Shown here: positions 1 through 9,483 of the stretch, in pieces
How the letters are laid out: each line of letters begins with the position of its first letter
Numbering within the stretch: the stretch's first letter is position 1
Virus record (IMG/VR): IMGVR_UViG_3300020474_000009
Location: 1-63,771 of that record
Strand: one strand, 5' to 3'
Source: a virus
Lineage: Duplodnaviria > Caudoviricetes
DNA length: 63,771 nucleotides
Program-made: the position numbers and the translations under genes
Notes under the pieces: model-generated
Databases searched by the model: none
What the model was told of the DNA's origin: nothing
Seen by the model: only the letters and a program-made list of their open reading frames with translations

Positions 1-1125
1 TTTGGTAATCCTTCTTGTCTAAATCTTCTATGTTGGGCCAAGCTTTGAGTTTCTATGGTGTACCTTTTAGGATCCATGGCACCCCTTGCCATTTTCATAG
101 CATTTTCAGCTTGTTTCATATCAGCTGCATTGTCTGACTGAGCAGATTGATATTTAGTAAACTCTTGTTTTTCGTTATCAAAAACGCCTACTACCGCATT
201 GTCTTTTGGGTCTCTGGTTCTGCTGTAGCCAAGTGCTTGTGCTAAAAACTCGTCTAAAACACCGGTGTCGTATTTATAACCACTATCCATTACGTTTGCT
301 AATCTGCCAGCTTTACGTCGGTCTGTAGTAAAGAAAGCTCCTAGTGGGGTTGATACACTAAACAACTCTTTGCCCTCAAACATTTTTTCTATATTTGCTT
401 GTACCTTTGCAAACTCTGCCTTAGCTTCAATAGGTACAAAAACACTGTCTGCATTAGAGTTTTCATTTTGTGCAAAGTCAAACTGCGTTTCCAGGGCCCC
501 TGAACGTTCACCCATAACTGCACCTAATTCTGCGGCTGTTTCTCTTTCAGAAAAAATACGCATCATTTGTCGTTCAGCTGCGTTTCTTTGCCCCATAGTC
601 CTGGCTTTATTCATAACAGCTGTACCAGCACCTAAACCGCCACCAACACCTAAACCACCCATAAGACCTGCAAACAAAGCATTTACTCTATCTATCCTTG
701 CTTGTGCTTTCGTGTAATCATCGTCTATTCTAAATTTTTGTTGTACGGATAGCTCTTCCTGTAAAAATTCAGCAAGCCCTTCCCCTGCGGCTGTAACAGC
801 AGTTATAGAAGCAAAGTCTTTAAAAGCACTACCCGGAGGTATAGGATCAAACTTAAACGGATCATCTCCTATTTGTTGTTTCTTGACTCTACCTGGTCTT
901 TTAAAAGCTCTTAAAGTTGCGCCTACTGTTGCAGCTTCAGACCCTATTCCTACAATACCAAAAGCAGTACCTTGTAAAAGAGAATCTATAGCATCTTGTT
1001 TACTAGTCATACCTTGGTCTGCGTAATCACTAAAAGCTATACCAGTACCCATTCTTTGTTCTTGTGTAAACGCACCTAACACTGCACCCTGGGCAAATCT
1101 TTTACCACGCATGTTTGACCTAAGA
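1..1125. repeat. Left copy of imperfect terminal direct repeat (matches 62647-63771)
   Basis: Position 1 (tttggtaatcc...) aligns with 62647 and 1121-1124 (taag) with 63767-63770, same length; near-identical at both ends, many substitutions internally. Confidence 0.95.
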
Positions 1126-1820
1126 CCCGCGTATATTTCATCTAAGAAATTTAACTCATCTCCCTCAATTTTAAACGGAGGTTTAGTACCCTTGTTTACA
1201 GCTATCTGGTTTCTATAGGCCCTATCTAAAAGGTCCTCTACATCTTTTTTATCTGCGCCGGGCTTAAGTCTTTGTAAGCGTTTTACTCCGGTTTCTACAC
1301 CTTTTCTTCTTGCAGCCGTTCCTGCACCAGCCGCTGCTACTAAACCAGGAGTCAGAGTACCGCCAGAAAGTACTGTTCCCCCTGCAACAAGTCCTCCTAC
1401 TACGACAGCTTCAGCTAAACTTGCTGCTAAAGAAGGTATAAACTGTCCCGTGGCAGAAGCCATATTTAGGAAAAAACCGTGTACGTCATTTTCTTCAAGC
1501 GCACTAGCAAAGTCTTTTTCAAGTCCTTGTAAAGGTATACCAGACTGGTCTTCTATAAAATCCGCTTCTCGTAGTCTGTTTCGTGCAGATAAGTCATCTC
1601 CTCGGAGTGTATCTATAGCGGCTAAAAAGTTTTGATTTTGGGCCGCTATGTTTGCAGCACCTGATTGTATACCGGCCTTGAAGGCCTCTCCCATAGTGTC
1701 TATTCTTTCAACATAAGTTGCATCTGGAGTAGCAAGTCTGCCTGCGACTTGTACAGGAGTTGTTTTGTCGGCGTCTGGGGTTTGTTTAAGCCTGGCAATT
1801 GTATTGCTGTCAATTGCCAT
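1..1820 (-). CDS. N-terminal part of giant putative internal virion/ejection protein (runs off left edge; continues as 57228-63758 on the circle)
   Basis: ATG at 1820 (MAIDSNTIARLKQ...) reads open into MRGKRFAQGAVLG at 1112, the same sequence that begins ORF 57228..63758; absent from the ORF track because no stop lies in the window. Confidence 0.85.
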   Translation of the reverse strand, partial: MAIDSNTIARLKQTPDADKTTPVQVAGRLATPDATYVERIDTMGEAFKAGIQSGAANIAAQNQNFLAAIDTLRGDDLSARNRLREADFIEDQSGIPLQGLEKDFASALEENDVHGFFLNMASATGQFIPSLAASLAEAVVVGGLVAGGTVLSGGTLTPGLVAAAGAGTAARRKGVETGVKRLQRLKPGADKKDVEDLLDRAYRNQIAVNKGTKPPFKIEGDELNFLDEIYAGLRSNMRGKRFAQGAVLGAFTQEQRMGTGIAFSDYADQGMTSKQDAIDSLLQGTAFGIVGIGSEAATVGATLRAFKRPGRVKKQQIGDDPFKFDPIPPGSAFKDFASITAVTAAGEGLAEFLQEELSVQQKFRIDDDYTKAQARIDRVNALFAGLMGGLGVGGGLGAGTAVMNKARTMGQRNAAERQMMRIFSERETAAELGAVMGERSGALETQFDFAQNENSNADSVFVPIEAKAEFAKVQANIEKMFEGKELFSVSTPLGAFFTTDRRKAGRLANVMDSGYKYDTGVLDEFLAQALGYSRTRDPKDNAVVGVFDNEKQEFTKYQSAQSDNAADMKQAENAMKMARGAMDPKRYTIETQSLAQHRRFRQEGLP

Positions 1821-1823
1821 GGA

Positions 1824-3656
1824 TTAATCTCCTCTATAAGGTTTTATAAACTGAGAAACTTCTACGTTTGTGGCTAGATCATTAAAGGTGTCAGTAAAGA
1901 CTTTACCTTCTATAGCTTTTCCTACTTGTTGACCTGAAGAATCTACGAATATTATTTTCTTAAGTTGTAAGCCGCCTCCTACTTTTTCTTCGTAAATACC
2001 TCGTGCTGTATTAACAATATCACCTAAAGTCTGCTGCTGGTTAGGTCTGCCCCCAAATATTTTTTGATACCACGGCTGGTCATCATCACCCCTGTTCATC
2101 ATAACGCTATATAAAGCTTGCCCTACGCCAAGTCTCATACCATCTACCATAGCGTTAGATACAGTTCCATCTAACTGAGCGTTTGTAAATTTATCAACCA
2201 TTCGCTTAAAGTGGAATTGGGCTTCGTTTGCAGTTATATCTCCTATGCCGCCTTCGTCTCCTACGCCTTTATTTATATACTTATTAAGAGCAATTAAATC
2301 TTTATCAAATGCGTTGTAAGCATCTTCGATTGCTTTATTACCAGCTTCTGCCGCTGCTTTTCTAGCTTCGATTTTATTCGCTTCAGACCTAACTTTAAGG
2401 TCTTCGTTGAACTTCATAGTATTTTGATTGAATGTCTGTTCTTGCATTCTAGTTGTGTTTATATTGCCAGTTTCTAATAGGTTTAAACTCTGTTGAAATT
2501 CAGTATTAAAATCACCGCCAGCTGCTACAGCTAAAGCAGACGCTAGTTCTACTTTGTTTATATCTAGCTCGTCATCATATTCAGGTATTGTTTTTAAATC
2601 TTCTGGTTTTTGTACGTTGTATTTAAATAAAGCTGCTCTTGCTTTATCTACATTTGCTTGTTCTATACCAAACTCCTGTAACAAGTTTGAATTTTGTTCT
2701 ATGAAATTAAAAATAACATCAGGTGAGGCATTTCTAGGCATAGCTATATTAGTATTTCCTATACGTGTTAGTAAGTTTTGTTTTTGTTTTTCCGCCGCTA
2801 GCTCTTCTTCGCTTTTTGGAGTCGGCTGTACATCCCTATCCCCAAGCGGTATACCTGAACCAGTCCCAATAGCAGAACCAAACCTTGAAAAGTCGCTCAT
2901 ATTATCGGCTTTTTCTCTATCACTTCTGTATTGCTCTAAATCTTTATCAACTTGCGTAAGTTCTTCACCCTGTTTTCTTCTTAAGTCATCTAAACCATTA
3001 TTAAAATCAGTTGCTATTTGTGTAATCATAGCAAACGCTTCCCTAGGGTCCATTCCGGCGTCTACTTGGTCTTCTAAAATACCTATAGCATCTGGTGCAT
3101 TTTCTGCATCTTCTAGCTTCCTTAGTTGGTCATTCGCTAAGTTTTGTCTAGCAACCTCATTCGTAAGAATACCTTGGGTTCTACTACCAAAACCTTTTTT
3201 AGCTGCTGTAAGTCTATTGCCAGAGCCCTGAACTATAGCATTTACCATAGTACGTAAGCCTTCTCTATCAGTAGCCATAACTATATCTTTTGGGTCGTTA
3301 CTGAAACCTAATGTCTTAGGGACTATGCCTTGTTTACCTTGTATATCAAAAGTAATTTTGCCGTCTTGTTCTCTTATATTTACTATTTTACCTTTAGCCC
3401 TTTCTCCGGTATTTATGTCTGTGTAGGTAGTAGCTGTTGGGCTAGAGTTTAAAATCTTTAAAACTTTGTCGGGTTCTTCCTTATACAGCTTTGTAAAGTT
3501 ATCTTCACTTATAGAACCATACTCCTTGCTTTCTAGTTCTGTCAAAGTAAGGTAAGGGGAAACACTTTCTAAAAGCTCAGCGGCTCCTTGCAAGTTTCTT
3601 GTTCTAACTTGCTGTTGTATTGCTCCAGCTCTTTGTAAATCTGCTAAACTTGCCAT
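1824..3656 (-). CDS. Putative internal virion/DNA-ejection protein
   Basis: 610 aa, helical-looking composition, lies in the ejection-protein position after the adaptors; tightly coupled to neighbours. Confidence 0.55.
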   Translation of the reverse strand: MASLADLQRAGAIQQQVRTRNLQGAAELLESVSPYLTLTELESKEYGSISEDNFTKLYKEEPDKVLKILNSSPTATTYTDINTGERAKGKIVNIREQDGKITFDIQGKQGIVPKTLGFSNDPKDIVMATDREGLRTMVNAIVQGSGNRLTAAKKGFGSRTQGILTNEVARQNLANDQLRKLEDAENAPDAIGILEDQVDAGMDPREAFAMITQIATDFNNGLDDLRRKQGEELTQVDKDLEQYRSDREKADNMSDFSRFGSAIGTGSGIPLGDRDVQPTPKSEEELAAEKQKQNLLTRIGNTNIAMPRNASPDVIFNFIEQNSNLLQEFGIEQANVDKARAALFKYNVQKPEDLKTIPEYDDELDINKVELASALAVAAGGDFNTEFQQSLNLLETGNINTTRMQEQTFNQNTMKFNEDLKVRSEANKIEARKAAAEAGNKAIEDAYNAFDKDLIALNKYINKGVGDEGGIGDITANEAQFHFKRMVDKFTNAQLDGTVSNAMVDGMRLGVGQALYSVMMNRGDDDQPWYQKIFGGRPNQQQTLGDIVNTARGIYEEKVGGGLQLKKIIFVDSSGQQVGKAIEGKVFTDTFNDLATNVEVSQFIKPYRGD

Positions 3657-3657
3657 G

Positions 3658-4233
3658 TTATATTAAAAATGCTGCTAATATAGATGCGCCCATATTAGTC
3701 ATTTGGGAAGAATAATTAGCCTTAGCTTGTTTATACGCCCCCCTTCTTGCTACTTCACCTTGGGCCGCAGTGCCTAGTCCTTCTAAAGCCCTAGCATTTA
3801 CGCCCTGGCCTATCCCTATAATTTCTTGTAATAACGCCTGGTTCATTTCTCTTTGCTGTACTCTGGCATTATTTACCGTGTTTGCCATAGATAACTGTGA
3901 GCCTCTTTGTGCGGACCTTTGTTGCTCTTGCAACTGTGCAGCAGATAGACCGCCGCCTCCGTATCTTTCTAAATTTCTTTGTTGTATGCCAGCTGCTACT
4001 TCTGCTTGCTTAGCTGCGTTTTCTCTAGACCTGTCTACTAATGTAGTGTCATCAGTCATACCTAGTAACCTGTCTTCGAATTGTCTAAAGTTAGCTATAT
4101 AGTCGTTATAATCTTGACGCAACATTCCTGCAAAAGCTTTGTCTGGGTCTTGTACATTTTGTAAACCGCCAACGTAGTCTTGTTGTGATCTTATGTTGTC
4201 GTATGCTGATCTAAATCCATCTGCTAAACTCAT
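3658..4233 (-). CDS. Putative internal virion protein (Q/A/G-rich, hydrophobic C-terminus)
   Basis: 191 aa, Q/A-rich, ends MGASILAAFLI; synteny. Confidence 0.55.
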   Translation of the reverse strand: MSLADGFRSAYDNIRSQQDYVGGLQNVQDPDKAFAGMLRQDYNDYIANFRQFEDRLLGMTDDTTLVDRSRENAAKQAEVAAGIQQRNLERYGGGGLSAAQLQEQQRSAQRGSQLSMANTVNNARVQQREMNQALLQEIIGIGQGVNARALEGLGTAAQGEVARRGAYKQAKANYSSQMTNMGASILAAFLI

Positions 4234-4889
4234 CCGCCGTAATCTCCTAAACCTCTACCAAATGCTATTTGGAATATGTTTGCATTTTCATCCATAGGGA
4301 TGTAATCGCCACCTGGTTGTAGGTTGCCATCCTTATCTGTATTTTTTCTTGTTTCTTCGGCGTTTAAAGATTCTGCAGCCCTGTATTGACTAAAGTTTTT
4401 ACCTGCTTGTACACCTAAAGTTGTACCTGCTTTTATCAAGCCGGCTCTTCTTATCTGTTTTGCTTTTGCACGGTTAAGAGTATCTGTAGTAGCAATTTTA
4501 GAAGCTTGTGATAACCCAGAAGCTGTTTGACTAGCCATTTGATTAGCACTTTTAATACCCGATATTTGATCGCTTCTTGCACCCATAAGGCCTTGGGCCG
4601 TACCTTGTAATTGTTGTGCTCCTGCTGCCGCTGCTAAATCTGCTTGTGCATCTACAGCTGCTACAGCTCTTCTGTTAGGGTTTGAAGTAAGAGCTTGCAT
4701 AGTATCAGCCTGGGCTCTACCCTCACCCATACTCATAAGGCCAGCCTCTTCATTAAAAGACCGTTCTATAAATTCTCTTTGTTTTGGCAGATAGTTTTCT
4801 CTAAAATATTTTTTGTCCGCCATCGCTACAGCAGCATTGGCTTTCTCTGCTTCACTCGCCTTGTACTCTGACTGTTTCGGCTTACTCAT
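4230..4889 (-). CDS. Putative internal virion protein
   Basis: 219 aa, Ala/Gln-rich; 4-bp overlap with next gene; synteny. Confidence 0.5.
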   Translation of the reverse strand: MSKPKQSEYKASEAEKANAAVAMADKKYFRENYLPKQREFIERSFNEEAGLMSMGEGRAQADTMQALTSNPNRRAVAAVDAQADLAAAAGAQQLQGTAQGLMGARSDQISGIKSANQMASQTASGLSQASKIATTDTLNRAKAKQIRRAGLIKAGTTLGVQAGKNFSQYRAAESLNAEETRKNTDKDGNLQPGGDYIPMDENANIFQIAFGRGLGDYGG

Positions 4890-5328
4890 TAACTTTTCTC
4901 CTATATACCCTTGTATCTAAACTCCAACCTAGCTTTTTAGCATAAGGTTCTAGCTCTGGTACATGAGATTGCGCCTCTATGTACTTACAACCAGACTCTC
5001 TTGCTAACGCTTCGATCCAGTCTTCATGGGCCAACCACTCGTGTCTGCCCTTATTGTAAGTATACGCTATCCACATATACAATGTCTTGTCTTTTGTGTA
5101 CCTATCTACCTCTATAGTAAGTACTAAAAACCCGACTGGAGAGGTAAATAAAAACGCTCTTTCATTTACGCACTCGCTAAAAACATCTTCGGGAATAAAA
5201 GTTAGACTTGGATTATCTTCTAATATGCTTTCTAAACCAGGTTTGATAATGTTCCACGTGGAACGTATGTCGGTAAGCACTGGTTTAACAAAGTCATTAG
5301 TAATCGATCTCCCTTCCGTATCTTCCAT
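4882..5328 (-). CDS. GNAT-like fold protein (T7 gp13-like position)
   Basis: GFLVLTIEVD...LYMWIAY...ARESGCKYIE...KKLGW pattern typical of acetyltransferase-like genes preceding podovirus ejection proteins. Confidence 0.5.
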   Translation of the reverse strand: MEDTEGRSITNDFVKPVLTDIRSTWNIIKPGLESILEDNPSLTFIPEDVFSECVNERAFLFTSPVGFLVLTIEVDRYTKDKTLYMWIAYTYNKGRHEWLAHEDWIEALARESGCKYIEAQSHVPELEPYAKKLGWSLDTRVYRRKVNE

Positions 5329-5971
5329 AGCGCCTCCTTGGCTTACCTATTCCTTTGTATTTTACTGTTCGTTTAACTCCCAGATCCCCGCCTCTTGCAC
5401 GAAGTTCTGCTTGGGTTATTTCATTATTAAACTGGGCTAGATACTCTCTAGCTGCATTTACATCTGTCCACTCTCTGCTAGGCATACGTAGTAATCTATA
5501 TAAAGTACCGTATATAAGAGCATCTCTATATTGATTAGATATCCTAGTATCTATGTTGTTAGAACTTCTAGATGGTTTTAAAGCTACGCTAGCTATAACT
5601 GGGAAAGACCCGCTTGGCACTGGCACTAGCCAAAATGTAGACTCTGTTTTCTGTAGATACACATGCGGTGTACCTGTTCTATCTCTCCAATCTGGATAAT
5701 TTACTTCTAGGCTTCGTGGGCTTATAGGGTCCATATCCCTACCATCGTACGTCATGTGTAAAACTTGATGCACTTCTGTGCCTGTAGGTATATCAAAGTC
5801 GTATTCGTATACACCTGAGATAGTGTTGAAAGCGTCCATATCTAAAACATACGCTTTAGAACGTTCGCAAAATTCTATAGTAGTTGAACGTAAGTTACTC
5901 TCCACCAAACTGTCCGGGCAGAAAGGCACGTAAGGTAAAACTTCTTTTACTAAAGAAGAGTAACTCGCCAT
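5297..5971 (-). CDS. Head-tail adaptor / tail tubular A-like protein
   Basis: 224 aa; YRDALIYGTLYRLLRMP..WTD motif; position after capsid genes. Confidence 0.6.
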   Translation of the reverse strand: MASYSSLVKEVLPYVPFCPDSLVESNLRSTTIEFCERSKAYVLDMDAFNTISGVYEYDFDIPTGTEVHQVLHMTYDGRDMDPISPRSLEVNYPDWRDRTGTPHVYLQKTESTFWLVPVPSGSFPVIASVALKPSRSSNNIDTRISNQYRDALIYGTLYRLLRMPSREWTDVNAAREYLAQFNNEITQAELRARGGDLGVKRTVKYKGIGKPRRRYGRYGREIDY

Positions 5972-5972
5972 T

Positions 5973-6698
5973 TTATCTTCCCTGTTGTGGTACTACAGGT
6001 GGCGTTGGCATTCCTCCTATATTTGACGTCCTATCGTTGTTCGGGCTTAGTAGTTCCTGTGCCTGCATGCCCTGTCCGATACAATTCAAAAATAGTTGGT
6101 AATGTGTCTGCGCTCTTTGTGCGTTACCTGCATACTCAGAATCTTTTTGGTAAGCTCTAAACAAGACATAATCAATAACTGCGTTACCATAAATATCATC
6201 TATATCTAGGTTTGAACTTGCACTACTTAAATCTGTAGGTACTTTTGAATACACTATTTCTATAAAAGCATTTCCAGCTACTCCTGGATATACGTAATAG
6301 TTTTTTGGGTCATCTTCGTCGAAGATGTAGTGTTTAACTACAGTTCCGTGTTGTGCATCTCCACTAACAGTCGGATCATTCCAGTCCGGCTCTTGTGTGT
6401 TTAAGATATCTACATTTACAATTCTAATTGCTCTTTTACCAGTAGCACTACCACTTGCTGCACTCATATTCCTAGTTACCTTGATTAGTCTAAGACCGTC
6501 AGAAGGTAAAGCTTGTTTGGTTCCAGTAGTTAATTGTACATTGTCAGTCTTTGCAGATGACTCTGGTCTGTAGTTTACAATTTCTCTTTGTGCATCATTA
6601 ATATATCTAAGTATTTCAGCTTCTGGCCATCTAACACTAGTAGTGTCTTGTAAGATGTCCTTAATCCTACTTAGCAAATTTGTCCCGGTTAATGCCAT
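5973..6698 (-). CDS. Head-tail adaptor protein (DUF6682-like)
   Basis: LQDTTSVRWPEAEILRYINDAQREI and YVLFRAYQKDSEYA motifs of phage adaptors. Confidence 0.65.
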   Translation of the reverse strand: MALTGTNLLSRIKDILQDTTSVRWPEAEILRYINDAQREIVNYRPESSAKTDNVQLTTGTKQALPSDGLRLIKVTRNMSAASGSATGKRAIRIVNVDILNTQEPDWNDPTVSGDAQHGTVVKHYIFDEDDPKNYYVYPGVAGNAFIEIVYSKVPTDLSSASSNLDIDDIYGNAVIDYVLFRAYQKDSEYAGNAQRAQTHYQLFLNCIGQGMQAQELLSPNNDRTSNIGGMPTPPVVPQQGR

Positions 6699-6707
6699 AA
6701 TTTATCC

Positions 6708-7043
6708 TTATTGTGCAGCTTCTAATTCTGCGATTAAATCTGATTTCTTTTTACGTCTATCAAGTTCAATCCCAATGCCTCTGCCATATTCTTCTAGCTG
6801 TACTTTGGTCATGTCCTCAAAAGATACCGCTTCCTCAGCAACTTCTTCGATAACTTCCTCTACGGGAGCTTCTTCAACTGCTGGTGCTGGTTCTTCTTTG
6901 ACGTTCTTTACCTCCGTGCATCCGGCTTGTAAACAAAGTAATCCTAAGTCATCGCCTACTTGTCTTGGTTCGCCAGCTTTTAAATGTATACTTGCGCCCC
7001 AGGTAGAAGCTATTGACTTGTCTTCATTTGATACTATCCACAT
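6708..7043 (-). CDS. Small capsid-associated protein with C-terminal HeH/Rho-N-like motif
   Basis: MTKVQLEEYGRGIGIELDRRKKKSDLIAEL; strong AGGAGG RBS. Confidence 0.55.
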   Translation of the reverse strand: MWIVSNEDKSIASTWGASIHLKAGEPRQVGDDLGLLCLQAGCTEVKNVKEEPAPAVEEAPVEEVIEEVAEEAVSFEDMTKVQLEEYGRGIGIELDRRKKKSDLIAELEAAQ

Positions 7044-7054
7044 AATTTCCTCCT

Positions 7055-7085
7055 TAAAAATGGGTGACTTTTAAAAGCCACCCAT
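7055..7085 (-). terminator. Intrinsic terminator after major capsid gene
   Basis: - strand ATGGGTGGC-ttttaaaa-GTCACCCAT followed by a T run. Confidence 0.7.
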
Positions 7086-7099
7086 AAAATATATCACAA

Positions 7100-8245
7100 T
7101 TAGTATGCAACATCTAACGCAATAACACCAAAGTCTTCATTCTGACCTGAGTGGTCTGAGTGATAAACTGGCTTCTTGAGTCCGAATATTTTACCAATTG
7201 AAATACCGTTTTGGTTACCATAGTCGAATGTGTCTTCTACTATTTCTGGTATACCAATATCTGCCATAGCTAATGCTTGAGCACCTGCGAAGATACATCT
7301 TGAGCCGTTAACGTCAGCGTTAGCACCCCATTTGTAACCAGCAGCACCTGCATTTGATGATGATCCACTAAGCGCACTGTTTGTGTTAAACACATGTCTG
7401 AACTCATGAATCATAACTCCATCAACCATTAAGCTAGATGAACCTGAGAATAAGCTTGAACCTGGTCCTCTTACTCCAGCTTGTCTTACGTTAGCAAGGA
7501 AGTCTGAATCAAGTTTTAGGTCAGCCATTACTTGTGGTGTTACGAAAAGATGGAATGTCTCGTCGTTACCCGCACCTCTTAGTCCTCTAATGTAGTTATC
7601 TTTAGCGTAAGCTTTTAGATCTACAATAGTGCTGTAGCTTAATTTGTCAGCTGCATCCATAGCAGTAACATCACCAGCTACAAGACCGCCAGATGCATCC
7701 ACTCTTCTATGTCTGTTAGAAGTTGGAGCACTTATAGCGCCTGAGAACTCTAAGTCGTTTAAGTTTTGCCCTGAGTTCATTGATGGTCTTAACGCACCAT
7801 TGTTCTTAAGGTTATACCCAATACCACTTAGTGTAAGGAATGCTAATTGGTCCATTCTGTCAGCCATTGCATAAGCAAGAGCATCTCTTGAATGTTCCCT
7901 AAAGTTCACAACTGATTTTTGATCAGCCAGTCTACCTGACAGCCTGTTCGCAAATCTTAGTTGGTCGATTGTTACGACGATGTCGTACGCTCTTAGTGAT
8001 TCTTCATTACCCTCGAGAGTGTTGTCTCCAACAATACCGTCACCAGTCATGTCAGCTAAAAGTGTTAATACAGCTCTAGCTCCCTTTTCTGATTGAGTAA
8101 GCTCAGATATTCTCTGAACCATTGCGTTAGATCCGCTACCCGCGAATTGGTTAATGAAGGACATATTTCTAGCTACACGCCAGAAATCTCTAGACCAGAT
8201 GGTTAACTGCTCACTGGTCAACGCAGCAAAGTTAGTATTTGCCAT
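7100..8245 (-). CDS. Major capsid protein (N4-gp56/DUF4043-like)
   Basis: GDGIVGDNTLEGNEE, VTIDQLR, FREHSRDALA, DYGNQ, DFGVI motifs; follows scaffold. Confidence 0.85.
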   Translation of the reverse strand: MANTNFAALTSEQLTIWSRDFWRVARNMSFINQFAGSGSNAMVQRISELTQSEKGARAVLTLLADMTGDGIVGDNTLEGNEESLRAYDIVVTIDQLRFANRLSGRLADQKSVVNFREHSRDALAYAMADRMDQLAFLTLSGIGYNLKNNGALRPSMNSGQNLNDLEFSGAISAPTSNRHRRVDASGGLVAGDVTAMDAADKLSYSTIVDLKAYAKDNYIRGLRGAGNDETFHLFVTPQVMADLKLDSDFLANVRQAGVRGPGSSLFSGSSSLMVDGVMIHEFRHVFNTNSALSGSSSNAGAAGYKWGANADVNGSRCIFAGAQALAMADIGIPEIVEDTFDYGNQNGISIGKIFGLKKPVYHSDHSGQNEDFGVIALDVAY

Positions 8246-8249
8246 GATA

Positions 8250-8457
8250 TTTCTCCTATCATTAAAGTTTATTAACCAGTCGACTTTTGGAGCGACTTTT
8301 ATCCGTATACCCTATTTCGTTGGGATAACGCTCTCGTTGTTTGCGGACACGACTCCGGCCAGTTTTACGCCCTGTGCAGGCGAATAACGTTTTTTACGGA
8401 CACGACCCCGGTAAGATATCGCTCTTACGTGCGAACTTATTTAATTTATACCACAGT
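8250..8457 (-). promoter_or_regulatory. Capsid-gene leader: extended -10-like promoter plus repeat-containing putative structured 5' UTR
   Basis: - strand TGTGGTATAAAT near 8443-8454; 24-nt repeat at 8335-8358 and 8388-8411 (3 mismatches); cgactttt at 8281 and 8293. Confidence 0.55.
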
Positions 8458-9483
8458 TTATCCGAAATCTCCACGCATTCTGCGTAAAGTTTCGTCAGGC
8501 AATGCAGAAAATTCATCAACAGACATCTTATTAATATCTACTTTTTTCTCTACTTTATTCTTACCTTTCATCGCTGGTGGTTGTTTTTCAGACGCTTGTA
8601 CCTTTTTAGTGGTATTAGCTATCTTCTTTTTCTCTACAATTTTTTCTTGTACTGGGTCAGCTTTTTGTGCTTGTGTTGCTGGCGTTCCCATAAGTAGTTT
8701 TACAGCTTTATCTAAAGCATCCGCACCCATATAACCTTGTGTCATGTAAGCATCTCTTAGTTCTAGTACTTCATTGGTTTTATCTTGGTTAAATTCTGGA
8801 TTAGCTTGGTTTAGTTCTGGGTACATAGACTCTAATTGAGTAGCTTTGGTCTGCAGGTCTACCATTTCTTGGTTCTGCGAAACTGTCTGGCCCATCTTAG
8901 CTTGTACTTCAAACATCATCTGTTGTTTTTCAGCTTCTCTAATTTCTTTTCTTAGTTGCGTAGCTTTTTCGCTTTCGCCTTCCATCACTAAAGTTTGATA
9001 CTCTATTTCCTTTGTATCAAAATCAAACTCAGGTGCTTCTTTTACGTCTTCTACTTGTGGAGCTAGTGCATCATCTAGTTTTTTCTGTAAAGCTTTTTGT
9101 TTAGCTAAAACTTCATCAAACCTAGACTTAGGAATCATTGGTTCTTTTTGAGCAAGTCCTGCCTCATCTGTTCCCTCAGGTTGTTGTGTATCTCCCTCAT
9201 CTTCTGCCAGTAACTCTTCTTCTCCTGAATCTTCTGCTTCTGCGTCTGCAGCTTCAACGACTTCCTCTTCTTCGTCCTCTTCAGGCTCTTCAAGTGGTTC
9301 TTCTTCAACCTCGACATTTTCATCAGCTTCCTCCTGGGCTTCTTCTTCGTCTTCTTCTGGTGTTTCAAAGTTCATGTCAACTTCGAACGGTTTTGCTTCT
9401 TCTTCAGATATAGGATCTGCTCCAGGCATTACATCTAGTTCGACCTTATCTTCCGCGGTAGTATTATCTTGAGTCTTAGCCAT
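8458..9483 (-). CDS. Capsid scaffolding protein
   Basis: Very acidic N-terminus, IPKSRFDEV motif, coiled coil; between portal and capsid. Confidence 0.75.
   Translation of the reverse strand: MAKTQDNTTAEDKVELDVMPGADPISEEEAKPFEVDMNFETPEEDEEEAQEEADENVEVEEEPLEEPEEDEEEEVVEAADAEAEDSGEEELLAEDEGDTQQPEGTDEAGLAQKEPMIPKSRFDEVLAKQKALQKKLDDALAPQVEDVKEAPEFDFDTKEIEYQTLVMEGESEKATQLRKEIREAEKQQMMFEVQAKMGQTVSQNQEMVDLQTKATQLESMYPELNQANPEFNQDKTNEVLELRDAYMTQGYMGADALDKAVKLLMGTPATQAQKADPVQEKIVEKKKIANTTKKVQASEKQPPAMKGKNKVEKKVDINKMSVDEFSALPDETLRRMRGDFG

Noticed and set aside
1-1125. Diversity-generating retroelement TR/VR pair explaining the diverged repeats
   Set aside because: No reverse transcriptase seen, the repeat is far longer than a typical TR/VR, and substitutions are not adenine-specific
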